46,859 nt of DNA from Intoshia linei (GCA_001642005.1 LWCA01000154.1:1-46859); one strand, 5' to 3'; shown: positions 1-13,900, counted from the first letter of the stretch. The notes: a model not told the origin generated them from the sequence alone. Translations and numbers: made by a program.

Positions 1-54
1 AATATACCCAAAGGTGATTAAACTTGTCGACATGAAAAGTCGTTAAAAATACCA

Positions 55-345
55 ATCAGTTGGTGGGTAACCGTGCCTTGGTGCCCAATGGAGTTGCAGT
101 TGAATTAAGAGGCCTTATGAAATTGGTGGGTAGCCGTGCCATTTGGTGCCCTGACAATCGAGTTGGAGGGTCTGGTGGGAGGTGTAGTGTTGTACCAGTT
201 TAGTTGTTATAATTTAGTTGTATAGTTGTTATAGAGCGAGTTGTCGCTCACTTTATAATTTTGTATTAAACGTGAACATTGAAATTGTCTTGAAATTATT
301 AACATAAGTTTCGCCAATAATAGAAGACCTTAAAAGGGGTCTTTT
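55..345 (+). repeat. LTR-like repeat related to 44152-44326; boundaries unresolved
   Basis: 183-331 aligns by eye with 44164-44312 (GTAGTGTTGT..AGTTGTTATA..CGAGTTGTC..CTTTATAATTTTGTATTAAA..TTGAAATTATT..ATAAGTTTCGC..AGACCTT). Upstream are two copies of TTGGTGGG-TA-CCGTGCC..TTGGTGCCC (about 60-86 and 123-150). Confidence 0.55.
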
Positions 346-689
346 GTATTTTAGAGCCAATAGTTTGAAGATTTTATATAAACTTTATTGAAAAAATAAA
401 ATTTTGTTTCTTTGTTAACAATATACATCAGTGATGGCAAAAGTTGTGTACAAATAGACAAGATAAAAATTTACACTTGACTTATTTTCTAATTTTATCG
501 ATAATTTATTTCCAATTGTTATAAAATTGTATTTTATACTAAAAATAATATTGATAAATTTAATTTTTAATCAAATACCAAGAAAGTGCAGAAAAGGAAT
601 GACAATTAATCAATGAATTAAAAAATACATAATTAATGTTTAATTGTTACAATACGCTTATTAAATGGTTACATTATATTATAAAAATC

Positions 690-1738
690 TATTCACCCAC
701 AATAATCTAAAATTTTAGTATTCACCCCCTCATAAAACTATTCACCCCATGGGCGCACAGTAGGGTGACACATCAAATATTTTTTTAAGAAATTTAAAAA
801 CATACTCAGTAGATTAGATGTAATTTAAAAAAAAATGACAATCTGATAACTAATTATGAAAAATACTCATTAATGACTCAGCGTTGATCAATTAAGTAAT
901 TAACAAAAAATAACTAAATTTAAGTAAATAGTTTTAAGTTAAACTAAATATTATGGGATTAGATTTTATCACGATATTACGAAAATAAAGAATTAACCAA
1001 TGTTAATTTATATAATATAAATTATAAATATAAAATTATAACTGATTCAGCCGAAAGAGTCTTACAAAAATATAAACGATCATTAAATTTGTATAAAAAA
1101 GAAGAAAAAATTCAACTATTCAATTCAAATACAGTGATAATTTTTAATAAATTTTCATATAAATGCTTGAATTAATTACATTCCCGTTTATAGTACATTT
1201 TGGGTTAAAATTTATAAAATCTTTTATTTTGTTGGTAAATTGCATTGAGGATATATAAAATTTTAATTGGATTATGACAATCTTAAGTCTTATAAAAGTA
1301 AAGTAAAATTTTTGAAATGATAGACAAATTTCTACATTTAACCCACCACAAAAACCAAAACAAAATGATAAATATAGCTATAATTTGAAAATTTTTTTTC
1401 ATATTATAGAATTAAGTCAATGGTGCATGACGTAGCTTAACATTATTTATTAAAATATATAAGCATTATTAAATTTTCAACACAAAGGCAGCATGAATTT
1501 AGGTTTTTGTATAAAAAAATTAAAAAAAAAACAAGACAATAAACTTAAATTTAGCTGTTTTTTGTTAATTACTTAATTTATCAACGCTGAGTCATTAATG
1601 AGTATTTTTCAGAATTAGTCATCGGATTGTCATTTTTTTATCAAATTACATCTAATCTACTGGGTATGTTTTTGCATTTCTTAAAAAAAATATTTGATGT
1701 GACACCCTAGTGCACAGTCACCCCCATGAGAAGCACTG
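690..1738 (-). mobile_element. hAT MITE (CAGTGCTTCTCA end) interrupted by the 761-1709 element; other end unresolved
   Basis: Terminus TGAGAAGCACTG ends at 1738. TCACCC motifs occur on both sides of the nested insertion (about 692, 721, 741, 1718). Confidence 0.55.
761..1709. mobile_element. Non-autonomous hAT-type element with about 165-bp terminal inverted repeats
   Basis: TAGGGTGACACATCAAATATTTT... at 761-925 is the inverted copy of about 1544-1709. 8-bp TSD gcgcacag (753-760) / gtgcacag (1710-1717), one mismatch. Confidence 0.85.
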
Positions 1739-2411
1739 ATCTAATATGAAAATATCACTAATGCTACATTAATTTATAAATTTTTATTGTTCAAAAGGAA
1801 TGTGACATAAAACACAATGGTATTACGTCACGTAATTTACGTGTAATTTCGAATTTCGAATTTCGAATAAAAAGTTTCAATTCGAATTGTGTTTTCTATA
1901 TTTTACCAAATCATCAACATTGGAACCACTAAATGCAAACTATGGAAATATCCAATTGAAATATACAAGAATGGTACAAAGAAGTAAACACAAACTTTCC
2001 GTTTCAATTCACTGATAACGTTAGACTACAAAAGAGCAACGATAGAGAACCTGAAAATATATCCTATTGATATTTTTAAATCAAATTATTGACGACAAAA
2101 TCATAAATTTAATGTTAAACTCAGTACAAAAAAAACGACCACGGAATGTACACTTTGCAACGAAGCTCTTTGTCTACTTTGCTACGATCTAAAACATGAA
2201 AATCTATAGCCTATTTATCATATATAATATAATTAAATCATTATAATTTTTTGAAGATCATTTATTTTATTCGATATCATTAATAGATTTTGTTAAAAAA
2301 ATTCTTAAAAACTCCCCTATATAGTTTGGTTAAAAAAAGTTTTAAGAGCATAAATATAGTTTTACAAGATATTTATTGAGTATCACCGATGGTTGTCAAA
2401 CAGTGAAAGGG
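1739..2411 (+). mobile_element. piggyBac deletion derivative, truncated copy with transposase C-terminal Cys-rich relic
   Basis: Ends ACAGTGAAAGGG|TTAA (TTAA at 2412-2415). 2135-2209 encodes TTTECTLCNEALCLLCYDLKHENL*. It is the reverse-complement homologue of about 28305-29003. Confidence 0.8.
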
Positions 2412-2568
2412 TTAATATTATACACACATTCTCTCTAATAAATTAAAAAAATGAGATAACAATTGTTTTTATTATTTTTTACGCAAATGTTAACAAAACA
2501 AAATTAAGATGGAATAATTCACTTTAAAGTAAAAAAGTAATGTGATATAGGTTTCACTTGAAACAAAT

Positions 2569-2880
2569 TTGGGAACCACTCCTTTAAAGGATTGATAATA
2601 GTGAATAGTAGGATTTTTAAGTTAGATTTTCAACGTGAATTTATTTTTTAAGTATAATAAAAATGTGCTCTCGGCAGAGCTAGGTCCTGTTTGTACGTAG
2701 TATGTAAATTTATTTTTTGGTAGTATAAAAATGTTCCCTCGGTAGAACTAGGCTACGGGGATTGATAATAGTGAATAGTAGAATTTTTAAGTTAGATTTT
2801 CAACGTGAATTTATTTTTATAAAAATGTGCCCTCGGCAGAGCTAGGTGCTATTTGTACGTAGTACAAAACTCCAAGCTAG
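2569..2880 (+). mobile_element. Helitron-like 3' end module in three tandem, partly complete copies
   Basis: AAAAATGT-C-CTCGG-AGA-CTAGG occurs three times (about 2659, 2727, 2821). Final hairpin TTTGTAC-GTA-GTACAAA (2852-2868) is followed by CTAG|T at 2877-2881. Confidence 0.7.
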
Positions 2881-3188
2881 TTTAAAATATAAAATTGAAA
2901 ATAACTCGTACGTCCAAATGAGGAGATTTATTTAAGTGAATGCTGGAATTGATCCACTGTTTTTTAATTGAAATACAGGCAATTTAAAAATGATAATGAA
3001 TTTATACAATTAAACGAATTATTAGGAGAAATAATCTTTGTGGAAGAATAACACCGATAATGCCGAAGTTGTCTCCACGTCAAAAAAAGATATGATAATT
3101 TTGGTGCAAATTAGAAAGAAATAAAAAATATCGACTATTGCTATATATAAGCTATTAAACGTTAAAGTTGCTAATAAAATAAAATTAC

Positions 3189-4910
3189 CTTTTGGACAGA
3201 TGAATGAATTGACTGATTCTAAAGAAACACTTAAATCATCATTATTTGCCAATAATGGACAAACCACACCCGGTTTACAAGGATTACAATATAATCGTTC
3301 AGTATGATTCCCATAATAACCAGATTGACACGGATCACAACTATTTGACAAAGTAGTTTGTTTAGCAATTTTTTTAAAGCTGTATCCAAATGGACAAAGT
3401 TTCGGAGTATGGAGTAAAATCAAATGTGCATTAGTGATTTCAACATCCAACTTTAAATCCATTACAGACTGACAATAATGGCCAATTGGGCAAGCTATTG
3501 GTGACTCTGATCGTTCAGGGCAATATTTTCCTATTGGACAAGGAATTTTAACAGTAGTCAATGGACAATAGTATCCAATGGGACAATTTGAAGGTAAAAT
3601 AGTTCTAACAGGACAATAGTCACCATATTCACATTTGAGAGTCAGAGAACTTGCGCCAATAACAGGACAATAATATCCGACATCACACATACCGCAATCA
3701 GAAATAGATTTTCCTTTTGTAAGTTTTCTGTACGTTCCTTTTGGACATTTGTATGGTTGGACAGTTCCAATCGGACAATAACTTCCAATAGGACAAACAT
3801 ATGTGGAGTAATCAGATATACCTTCAGTGCTACAGAAATAACCACTGGGACAACTTTTGCATTCCAATATAGATGTTGCTCCAGTATAGCCTAAATATGT
3901 GCTGTTCGGACATTTTTTCATGTCAACGTTGTATGCGCAATAATTACCAACTTCACATGGAATTGGGAGAACTACTCCAAGTAAGCACTGCTTTCCAGCG
4001 GGACATAAATCGCATTCGTCGATATGTGATGCACCAATTTTATTGATAACTTTTCCTTCAGGACAAACTGATGGTTTTATTGTACCGCTCTCACAATAAT
4101 ACCCAAATGGGCATGATGAACCAATTATTGGTAATTTTACGTTATCAGGGGTGGGTGACGAGTTTTTTGATACGCAGTAATATCCAGCTGAACAATTATC
4201 TGTAATGCGCCCGTTGATGCAATATTTTCCAATAACACACAATTTACATTTAGTAGCATCGATTAAACCACTATCGGAGGATAAACTGTATGTACCAGGT
4301 TCACACAATTTTGGACTAGATGATCCTTTAATGCAATAGTTGTAAGGCGGGCATTTTGTAGGGGTTGTGGTGCTTTCAGAACAATAATATCCTTCCGTAC
4401 ATGGAACACATTGAAATGATTGCACATTAGCTTGAAAAGTTCCAGGAGGACAAGGAATAGGTTGAGCTGATTTTGATGGACAATAGTGGCCTGTCGGACA
4501 TTTATACGCCGATGGCTCCTTTGTGCTAGTTTTGTCGATAGAAGGACAGAAATATCCCTTATTGCAAGAACCAGTAAGAGTAGATAAACCTAAAGTATCA
4601 CAAAAGTACCCTGCAGCACATGGATAGCAGTCTGTTATTGCTCTGGCGCCAATATTGTATCTTATGGTACCAATGGGACACTTTATGCCCACTGATGAAC
4701 TTTTTGAACAATACATTCCAACTGGGCAAGGTTGGTTTCCGTTTAAATCAAGTACTTTCGGCTTAGGTGTAGTGGACCCACTTGCACAAATGTACCCTGA
4801 TTCACAATCTCCTGTCGGTTGATCTAAGCCTTCTCCGTCACAATACTTTTTAGGTGGACATGTCTTACAAGCAATGCTTGTTGATTGATTTATCAAGTCA
4901 TTGTATGTAC
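3189..4910 (-). CDS. Exon 75 (1,722 bp) of the giant Cys-rich gene
   Basis: Acceptor follows the 42-bp intron 4911-4952. The donor is CCAAAAG|GTAATT at 3189/3188. The hydrophobic tail of the 624-aa ORF is intron read-through. Confidence 0.92.
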
Positions 4911-7900
4911 CTAGATAATATTTATGAAAATAAATAATCTAAATATTATTACCTGTAGGGCATGGCTTCATTTCATCTGTTATTCCAGCAATACAATAAA
5001 AACCTTTAGGACAATCAATGGGCACGCTAACACCAGAAACTGGACACATGTGTCCGATTAAACAACTCTTGCATTTATCTAGAAAATTATTTTATAGTAT
5101 GAAGTGATAATGAAACAATTTTAAATATGAATTATATAATGTACCTTGTCCTACTACATCTTGATATGTTCCAGGTTTACATTGAATTGGTTGAATAGAT
5201 CCAGACAAGCAATAATGCCCTAAAGATAAATTAATCAATTTTATCAATTTCATTAGCCTTATAATAATTTTAATAATTGTAAATATAAAAAAAGAATTAC
5301 CTATTGGACAACTGAATCCCATATTACTAGCAGGATAATCAATCGTAGCACCAGTTTTGCAAATATACCCTGCTTTACATAATGGTAAACTATCTATGTT
5401 TTAAGAATAAATAAAAATTTACAATTTCATGGGCATATGATATACAGAAATCATGTTCACGTAAATAAAATAAAAAACGTAATAGAAAACTCAACTTACA
5501 TGTTAAAAACTGAATTACCTTGTGTTTTTGATCCGATTGGACAATATCGACCTGCTGGACATGATATGCATTGTGTAGATTTTCCCATCCCAGTCAAATG
5601 CATATATGTACCTGCAGCGCATTTTACTGGTACGAGCGAGGTCGTAGGACAGTAATAACCTTGTGAACATTTACCTGCTAGAGGTATTGGGCTAGTACTA
5701 CCTGCTTTACATTCGTATCTATAATACAACATTATTCACATTCATGTTGAGCGTTATATACGTACAATATGATTTTTCAACCATTTTCGGTTTGTTTGCA
5801 ACGAATTTAATCTGTATTGTACAATACTATACAATGTTGTACATACATACATGTACAATATTAATTGATTGTATGTATTGTATGGACCGAAACTGGTTGT
5901 AAACTAATCAGTAATATGCACCAGTAATCGAAAAACGTATAAATCGGTTATGGAATGCCAGTTAGGCAAAATAATATTAAAGATACATTATTGACTTAAT
6001 ATTATGATAGTTAAATTAGAACGTATAAAGTTTTCATGCATGTCAATGTAACTACTAGGGAAAGCCTTACCTGCACTATAAAAAAATTATTACCCTGGAA
6101 ACTTTTAATTTTACTATTAAAATCATCTTTATTAAAAAAATTACTTTTTCATTCTGATAATAAACTACAGTAAAACTTATTATTCTCCTAACTACTTTTA
6201 AATTTATCTTATTTTGAGCGGTAATGTCTATTTTTTTGTTTATAATGTAAATTTTATGTGACGATCTTTTATAAACTTCATATTTAATTTTAATTTTCGC
6301 CTTTATCAAAAATAGGTGATTTTATCCACTTTTTTAGAAAACGGACCTAATCATATAGTTTTTGCCATAAACAAATAGTTTATGGCATATGTTTACTTCA
6401 TAAATCTTTAATTAGTTAACTAATATAAATAATCATAATCTTCACTATTTTTACGATTTAATGTTGTTTATTGTATCAAAAACGGAATATTACCATGAAT
6501 ACTTGACATAGTAACTAGGACCTACTTATTAAATTTTTTGTTTATATGATTGTGAATATTGTGAAATACAATTAAAGTCAATATTAAATTCATAACGAAT
6601 AAAATTTAAATTAACAAAAAAATAAAAACATAAAATTACCCTTCAAAACAAGCCCCTTCAACATCGGATAAACCGATATTTTGACAGTATTTGCCAACCG
6701 TGCATGTAGTACATTCAGAGGATGAGCTTGCACCAGTTGTTTTTCTAAATGTACCACTTGGACAAGGATGTTCATTTGAATATCCCGTATTTTCAAGGCA
6801 ATAAAATCCAGTTGGACATAAATGAGTAGTTCCTATAGTTGGTGTCGATATAGGTCCATTGTATTCTGTGCAAAATGTTCCTAATATATTTCATTAGTTA
6901 GCTATCAACAGGGTTATAATTAAATAATTAATGTATATTTTCGAAATTCGAAATATAAAATATAATTTATAGATCAATTTTTATTTTTGGTAACCTTAGT
7001 TCTCACCCCAAGCCAAAGATTCCCAAACTTTTGACCGTTCCGGTGCACCCAATATGTAAAAAAAATATATGTATACAGTGCATAATGATATATGAAAATG
7101 AATTAAACTTAGAACTTTTAATATTAAAATATTTACCGCTGGGACATTTAATACATTCAAATTGACCCAAGCTATTTTGATAAAATCCATTTTGACAAAT
7201 AATCGGTGCGGACGATCCTAACGGACAAAAATATCCTTTAGGACATATATTTCCTGTAACTCCATCAACTGGATCACTAACGCTGGATTTCGAAGTGCAA
7301 TAATATCCTACATGTATTAATTATATAAAATCGTTCATAATAAGAGTTTACCTTTTTTGCATTTATCTGTAGGATTTTTTAAACCTTCAGTAGCGCAATA
7401 ATAGCCTGGGCTACACGGAGTACACTCATCGACAGCTTTTAATTTAGTTACATCAGAAAACGTACCTTTAGGGCACTTTTGAGGAACACTAGTTCCAGCA
7501 ATGCAATAATGGCTTATCTATATTAATGAATTTTAACATACAAATTTTGTATATATTGTGTGTATGTATATATTTATATATATTGTATATATCTATATGT
7601 ATGTATTTTAATCTCAAAAACACAATTTAATTTTTTAATATTATTATAATAATTACAAATAAAATTAATTTTAATTAAAATTACCGAACAATCGTTTTGA
7701 TATGGTGATTCAGATCCTGTATTACAATAAAATCCTGCAGAACAATCACCTGATGGTATACTTAACTTATTAATGTCACAATACTTCCCAGCAGTACATA
7801 TTAATTTTGTTGAAGACTGAGTCGGACAAAAATAACCGCTCGTACAATGCTTATTCGTTGGCTAATAAAATTATAATTTATAATACAATAAGTATATAAA

Positions 7901-10900
7901 CAATATTTTAAATTAAAGCAAAAAAATTCTCACATTCCAAAAATGGACGATTTTTATTACATCAACAAAATTTTCACATTCAGACAAAATATTAATTTTT
8001 CAATCAAAAAACTACTTATTATTCCAAAACGACTTTTAAAGGATACATTTAGCAACAATTAATTAAAAAAAAAATACAAATTTTGAGATGCTTCCAGTTT
8101 CACAATAATAGCCTGCACCGCATGGACCAGTAACAGCAGAACGTCCAACATTTTCACAATAAAACCCAGCTGTACACATTATGCAATCAGATATAGTTTT
8201 TGATGACGTTTTTGAATTGAAAGTTCCGGAAGGGCAAGGATTTTCTTTATCTGTTTTAGTTCCAATTGGACAATAGTATCCTCTAAATTTTCATAAATAA
8301 TAACTAAATCCAGTAAAAAATAATTTTGATTAAAAAAAGTTTAATAAATATTACGCTGGACAAATTATTGGAGTCACTGTAGAAATTAAACAATATGTTC
8401 CAGCTGGACATGTAGTACAACTCACACTACCCGGATTTGCAGAATAAGTGCCTGCCAAACAAGGCAATTCATTGATAGAGGCTAAACGACATATATAATA
8501 TAGCTTAATAGACTTAATGATTTTTTTAAAATGCAAATAATACATACTAGCCCTTCTATATTTTAAGCAAAATATTTCAGTTACAGATTCTAATTTGGGA
8601 AGAAGTGGTTTATTTATCATTTTAAATAAATGATGGATAATAAAATACCGGCTGGACAGTAATATCCTGCTCGACATTTTCCTCCAAATTTACACGAAGA
8701 AGCAACAGTTACTGGTTTCGAAATACTCATTGAGCTTGTACAGTAATATCCGGCATCACAATTTCCAGTAGGACTCGATAATCCAGTTCCTTAAAAATAA
8801 TGTAATTATAATTAATTATTCACATGGTAATTTAATTATTAAATAATTACCTGTACAATATTTTCCAGGAAGGCAAGGTAAACAATGATTTAGCGCAGAT
8901 TGACCCGTCAATGGATTATATGTTCCTTCTAAATAAAATTAAGATTATAAAAGTAAAAATTAAATCATTAATATTAATTTAATATTAATATTCATATAAA
9001 TTGTATTGTCATTCAGAATGATGTCAAAATTCAAACAGATTATTAATTCTCTTGTCGCCAATTTGGGGAATAATATATTTTGGAATATTGAGTCGATAGA
9101 ACTTAACAATTCAGAATACTTATTAAAAATTATACATGTATAAATTAGAGATATGATATACAACAGCCATGTTAAACTCAAATACGTGGCGAGCCGCATA
9201 ATAAAAATTTTTCTGGCATCACCTTTGGAAACCATTATAATATGAATCGAGATCATTGTGCAATAATGGACGTTATAAATTATTATATTTATATATGATA
9301 AGAAATGTATATATATAATATAATTTATAAAACGTTTAATTGTATTTTTGTCAATAAATATATTAACTAGATCAGTATTCATCGAAAATTGTAAGTAACT
9401 CAACAAAAAAGTATATAGAAATAAACACATTTTATAAAATAATATTTTGTCAGTAAAAAAATTGAATTATAAGTTTGATGATTTTGGAGTGTCAGTATAA
9501 AAATTAAAAATCTAGTTTTTGAAAATTGAATGTAATTATGTCAATCCCTTCAATATTTTTATATTTCTCTCTTGTCTTTATTATTATCCTTGTGAGGTTA
9601 ATAATTAGGTTAATCTTATGCAATACTTTATATAATAATATCATCCACTACAGACCCAAGTTAAAACTGAAATATTAAGATACCATATTATACATACAAA
9701 CCAAATTACAAAAAAATTAGAAATATTCTATGGTGTTCACACCAGAAAATATTTTTTTATGAGAACAAATTATGTCAATTAATTTATTATGTTGTAGTTA
9801 ATATATATGTGTAGTAAATATGTTAATTAATTGTGTCAGTATTTTTCTTTAATTATTTTTCAGTATTTTAGGTGCCTTTACTGACAAAATACTAAATTTG
9901 AAAATAATTTAAATTTAACAAAATTGACAAAATTTAAATACTAACGATCAATTATTTATACTGACACCTTATCAATTGGCTATCATTCAATCAATGTCAA
10001 TACATTCTATCAATTGACAAACCATCTATGTTTCTATTGACAAATAGTGACTGATTTCCCGGGAAAAATAAAAAAATTTTATTTATATATAATATAGAAG
10101 CATTAAAAATTTTAGAAACAAAAATAAATTTTATTTGATTACTAGATTGAAATTTACAAATTTAATTATAAAAAAATTTATTTATTTTAGATTGTTGAAA
10201 AAGTGTTTCAAAACACACATAATATTGATAGATTCGTTTTTTAAACGCGTTCTACGTTTTGCAACGAAATTAGAAGCAATAGAGAAATTTATTTCATTTT
10301 GTGTTGACGTAGGTTGAACGGTCATAAGGGTTTCCTTTAATTTTAACAATCTTGATGATAGCGTTCCAGTTCGTAACAACTTATAATATTTTTCAAAATA
10401 ATATTGGAAAAAGAGGATAATTCCCTCAAGGGTTAGTAATTTATAGTGGGAATAAGAAGTTTTTAAAAAAGTATTGCAAAAAAAATATATTTCAATTAAA
10501 GGCTGGAAAATTAGATTTTTTATTTGTGGTTTGATAAAGTGATTTTTTTTCATAAGATTTCGTAAAATCAGATTTTTGAAAAGAATATCGGTGTAAGTTA
10601 ATTTTTCCATGAGGGCTTGAAATAGTAAATTTTAAATATTATAATATAATCATATTTTCATAGTAATAACAAAAATAAATCAAATACAGGTATGTCTCCA
10701 TTTTTTTCGGGAAATCCCGGGAAATCGTATAAATCCCGGGAATTTTGTCCGGGTTTTTTTCTCGGCACAATCATTACTAAAAAACCATCACCAATACTGA
10801 CAAATCAATAAGAAAAATACTGACACAATAAATGCACGCCTTAAATTTATTCTAAATAAACTAAAAGTGATACAGTCAAAATCTCATTTAACGAATGTCG

Positions 10901-13900
10901 AAATTTTATTTTGTATATAAATACCTAAATATCTAGTATCTAACGAATTTTTGATTAACGAACGCGTAAATAAAATATTTTATTTTTTTAGTAGTTTTTT
11001 TAAATATTATTATGGTTTTATAGCTTTAAACATTAGATCGTATCTTTTAAGAAGTCATGGAATCTTTATATATAAAATTATAATAAATTATCAATGTAAG
11101 ATATTATAATAAAAAGTTTAATTATATGTTCAATATTAAATATAATTTTGATAAATTTAAGACATGTGTGCAGCAGCATATTTCTAATACAGTTACATTT
11201 CTAATATTTTTGTTAAATTCATTTAACGAATATGCTATTTTAACGTTTTACCATTTTCGTTAAATGAGATTTTGACTGTAGTACGTATTTTTCTGGCTAC
11301 TTTATTTAAAGTGTACATTGTTAACATACAAACATTGGACTCTCCATCATTTACTTATACTGTAATATAATTACATTACTAAAATATATACTGTAATGAA
11401 TGGCTTATAAATACAATGTAAAATGTCTTATTTTGTTATATAAATTATTTTATTATTTTATTAGTAATAAAATAGTAACAAACACCAGTAAATTAGTAAT
11501 AAACAATGTAATAATTAATTACATTTTTTAATTGAAAGAACATTCAGATATTATAAAAAACAATAAAATATAAACCTGGACACTCTAAAGCAGTTAGACC
11601 CGTTTTAGAAGGACAGTAATGACCTGTAGGACATATTGATTTTGTTGATGCTTCATTGCCTTCAATAATTGATAAAGATTTACATTGATATCCTGTAATT
11701 CAAAATTATAATATATTAACTAGTAGGGTTTCAAGTTTTTTCAAAGTATTTAATAGTTTAATATCTTTTCAAATATAAAAAACTACACAGATTAAAATTA
11801 CATTAAAATTCAACTTAAAGATGCTTAGATTTAATAAAACAAAATTGGCAAAAAATTTTGTATTTTTCGTGGAAAAAGGAGACACCATTGAACATCTGAT
11901 CGAAAGCTAGGGTGACCAGGGACGGTATGAGCTTGGTCAAACTCTAGTGTAAATTAACATTCAGAGAAAAACGTACCAGCAGGACAATCAAAACAAACAG
12001 ACTGTCCTATTGTAGATGTAAAGGTTCCATCAGCACATTTAGTACCAGCTGATGATCCAACAATACAGTACATTCCTATCTTGCATATACTCTGAGTAGG
12101 AGAAATAGATTTTGTCGGACAATAGTATCCAGAATTACAAGATCCTGTTGGTCCAATCAACCCATAAGAATCACAGTATTTTCCAGCATCACAATCAATA
12201 CATTTGAGAATATTATCGTTTCCAGTCAATGCTGAATAAGTTCCAAGTGGACAGTGAGTTGGATCTGAGCTTCCTAATCAATATTTATCAAATTTAAGCC
12301 GAATTAAAAACTAAAAAATAATTTTACCTTCTACACAGTAATGTCCAGCCTTACAAGTGAATTGTGTACCTATTTTAGCCCCAGAAGGACAGTAATAGCC
12401 TTTAGGGCACAATTTTATTGCTTTGTCTAGCCCTTAATTTACAGTATATTTTTTATAGTAAATTGTAATATTAAAATATTATATTGATAATATTTACTAC
12501 ATACCTGCTACATCACAAAAATATCCTCCTGTACACTGTGAACAAGATACCAATGAAATTAAACCAGTTTTTGGACCATATGTACCGACAGGGCATTTTG
12601 TGGGATTAGTAGTTCCTAAAAATTAATTTATAAAGTGTAACATTAATAATTATTTCATGTACAAAGATAAGATTTAAAATTAATTACTTAATTAACCAAC
12701 ATACGTGTAAATTAAAATAAAAAACCTTCAACGCAATAATATCCAATTGGACAAATGTTTGCATTTGCATCTATATGTTGGATTAAATTATACATGGTAT
12801 GATTATATAAAGAATACAAAGTATGTAATTCATAATATAGCCGTTTCGAATATTTTGATATGTTTGCAACCAATTCCGGTAGTTTAGATAGAAATCATTG
12901 AATGAACATGATTCAATTAAGAAACTGAGAATTAATTTAAAACATATTAAAAATCATTGAAACCACCATATTGTGAATGTATAGTTGATGATTTATAAAT
13001 CTAAAATTAAACCTTTTGTTGGAGTAATGTGATCTGCCAATTTTTTACAAAAATATCCTGCAGCACACTTTACTCGCGGTGCCGATAAACCTTCTTCGTC
13101 ACAAGCGTAACCACCAGTGCATTCAGAACAATCTGTTTTTGCTTTCAAATCTATTTTTTGAAATAATTAAATAGTTACATTGTAGTTTTTTTTAATTTAC
13201 TGTACGTTTTGGATGGTTAAATGGTTCAAATTTAAAATTTCATTATTTCTGAAAGTTAGAACTTATTTATGACGATTGTTAGGGCATACTCAGTAGTCAT
13301 AGTACATAGGGCATAGTCGTATACTTAGGGATTGTTGATTATCATGATTGCTGGGTAAAAGAGATTATCAAAGACAAAATAAATTTTATCAAAATTGAAA
13401 AAAAACTTAAATAACTATTGTTTTTAAAAATATTAGTATGAACTTCGGTGTGACAGAGGTATCTAATGTTTGTACTAGTGTGTTCAATTTAGTTTTTTTA
13501 GAAACTCAGTAAAAGTAAAACTCAGTACAAAAAAATACAATAACTCAGTTAAAGTAAAACTAAGTACTCAATAAAAGTCAGTACTTTTTACATTAGTTGA
13601 ACACACTAGATCAGTGGTTTTTAACCGGGGGTCGCGAAATTTATCAAAGGGGTCGTGAAAATTTGAACACAGTATAAAATATAAATAAAACTGAATATGC
13701 TTTTTTTATATTTTCATTTATGTGAATTAATAGGATGTTTGGAGTATATAGAAAATTTTTTATGTTTATAAGGGGGTTGCAAACACAAAAAGGTTGAAAA
13801 CCACTGCACTAGATTGTACACCGTATCAAACAGATAAGTTAATTACAAATTTTTACAAAAAACAAACATTTAGAAGCTCATCTTAAAATTTAATAAATGT

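Larger units (their letters stand above)
9440..10830. repeat. Degenerate DNA-transposon relic with TACTGACA motifs in both orientations
   Basis: ATTGTGTCAGTATTTTTCTT (about 9830) is inverted at about 10810. TATTTTGTCAGTAAA (about 9443) is inverted at about 9877. GTGTCAGTATAAAA (about 9489) is inverted at about 9954. Confidence 0.5.

Noticed and set aside
429-445. CAGTGATGG as the left end of the MITE ending at 1738
   Set aside because: The TIR match is limited to 5 bp and the flanks (atatacat vs atctaata) do not form a TSD.
2569-2880. CRISPR-like array
   Set aside because: Eukaryotic context, irregular spacing and non-unique spacers. It is explained by a dispersed transposon end.
3022-3188. 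Hydrophobic C-terminus of the 624-aa ORF as a transmembrane anchor and gene end
   Set aside because: It begins exactly at a strong donor (AAG|GTAATT) and has AT-rich intron composition, like the tails of the other ORF fragments. An intron-retention isoform cannot be excluded without RNA data.
8960-9430. 156-aa hydrophobic ORF
   Set aside because: Low-complexity I/L/Y/F/N translation of AT-rich intron sequence with no recognisable motif.
11909-11946. Tiny hAT-like IR TAGGGTGACCA / TGGTCAAACTCTA
   Set aside because: Too short and imperfect, with no TSD.
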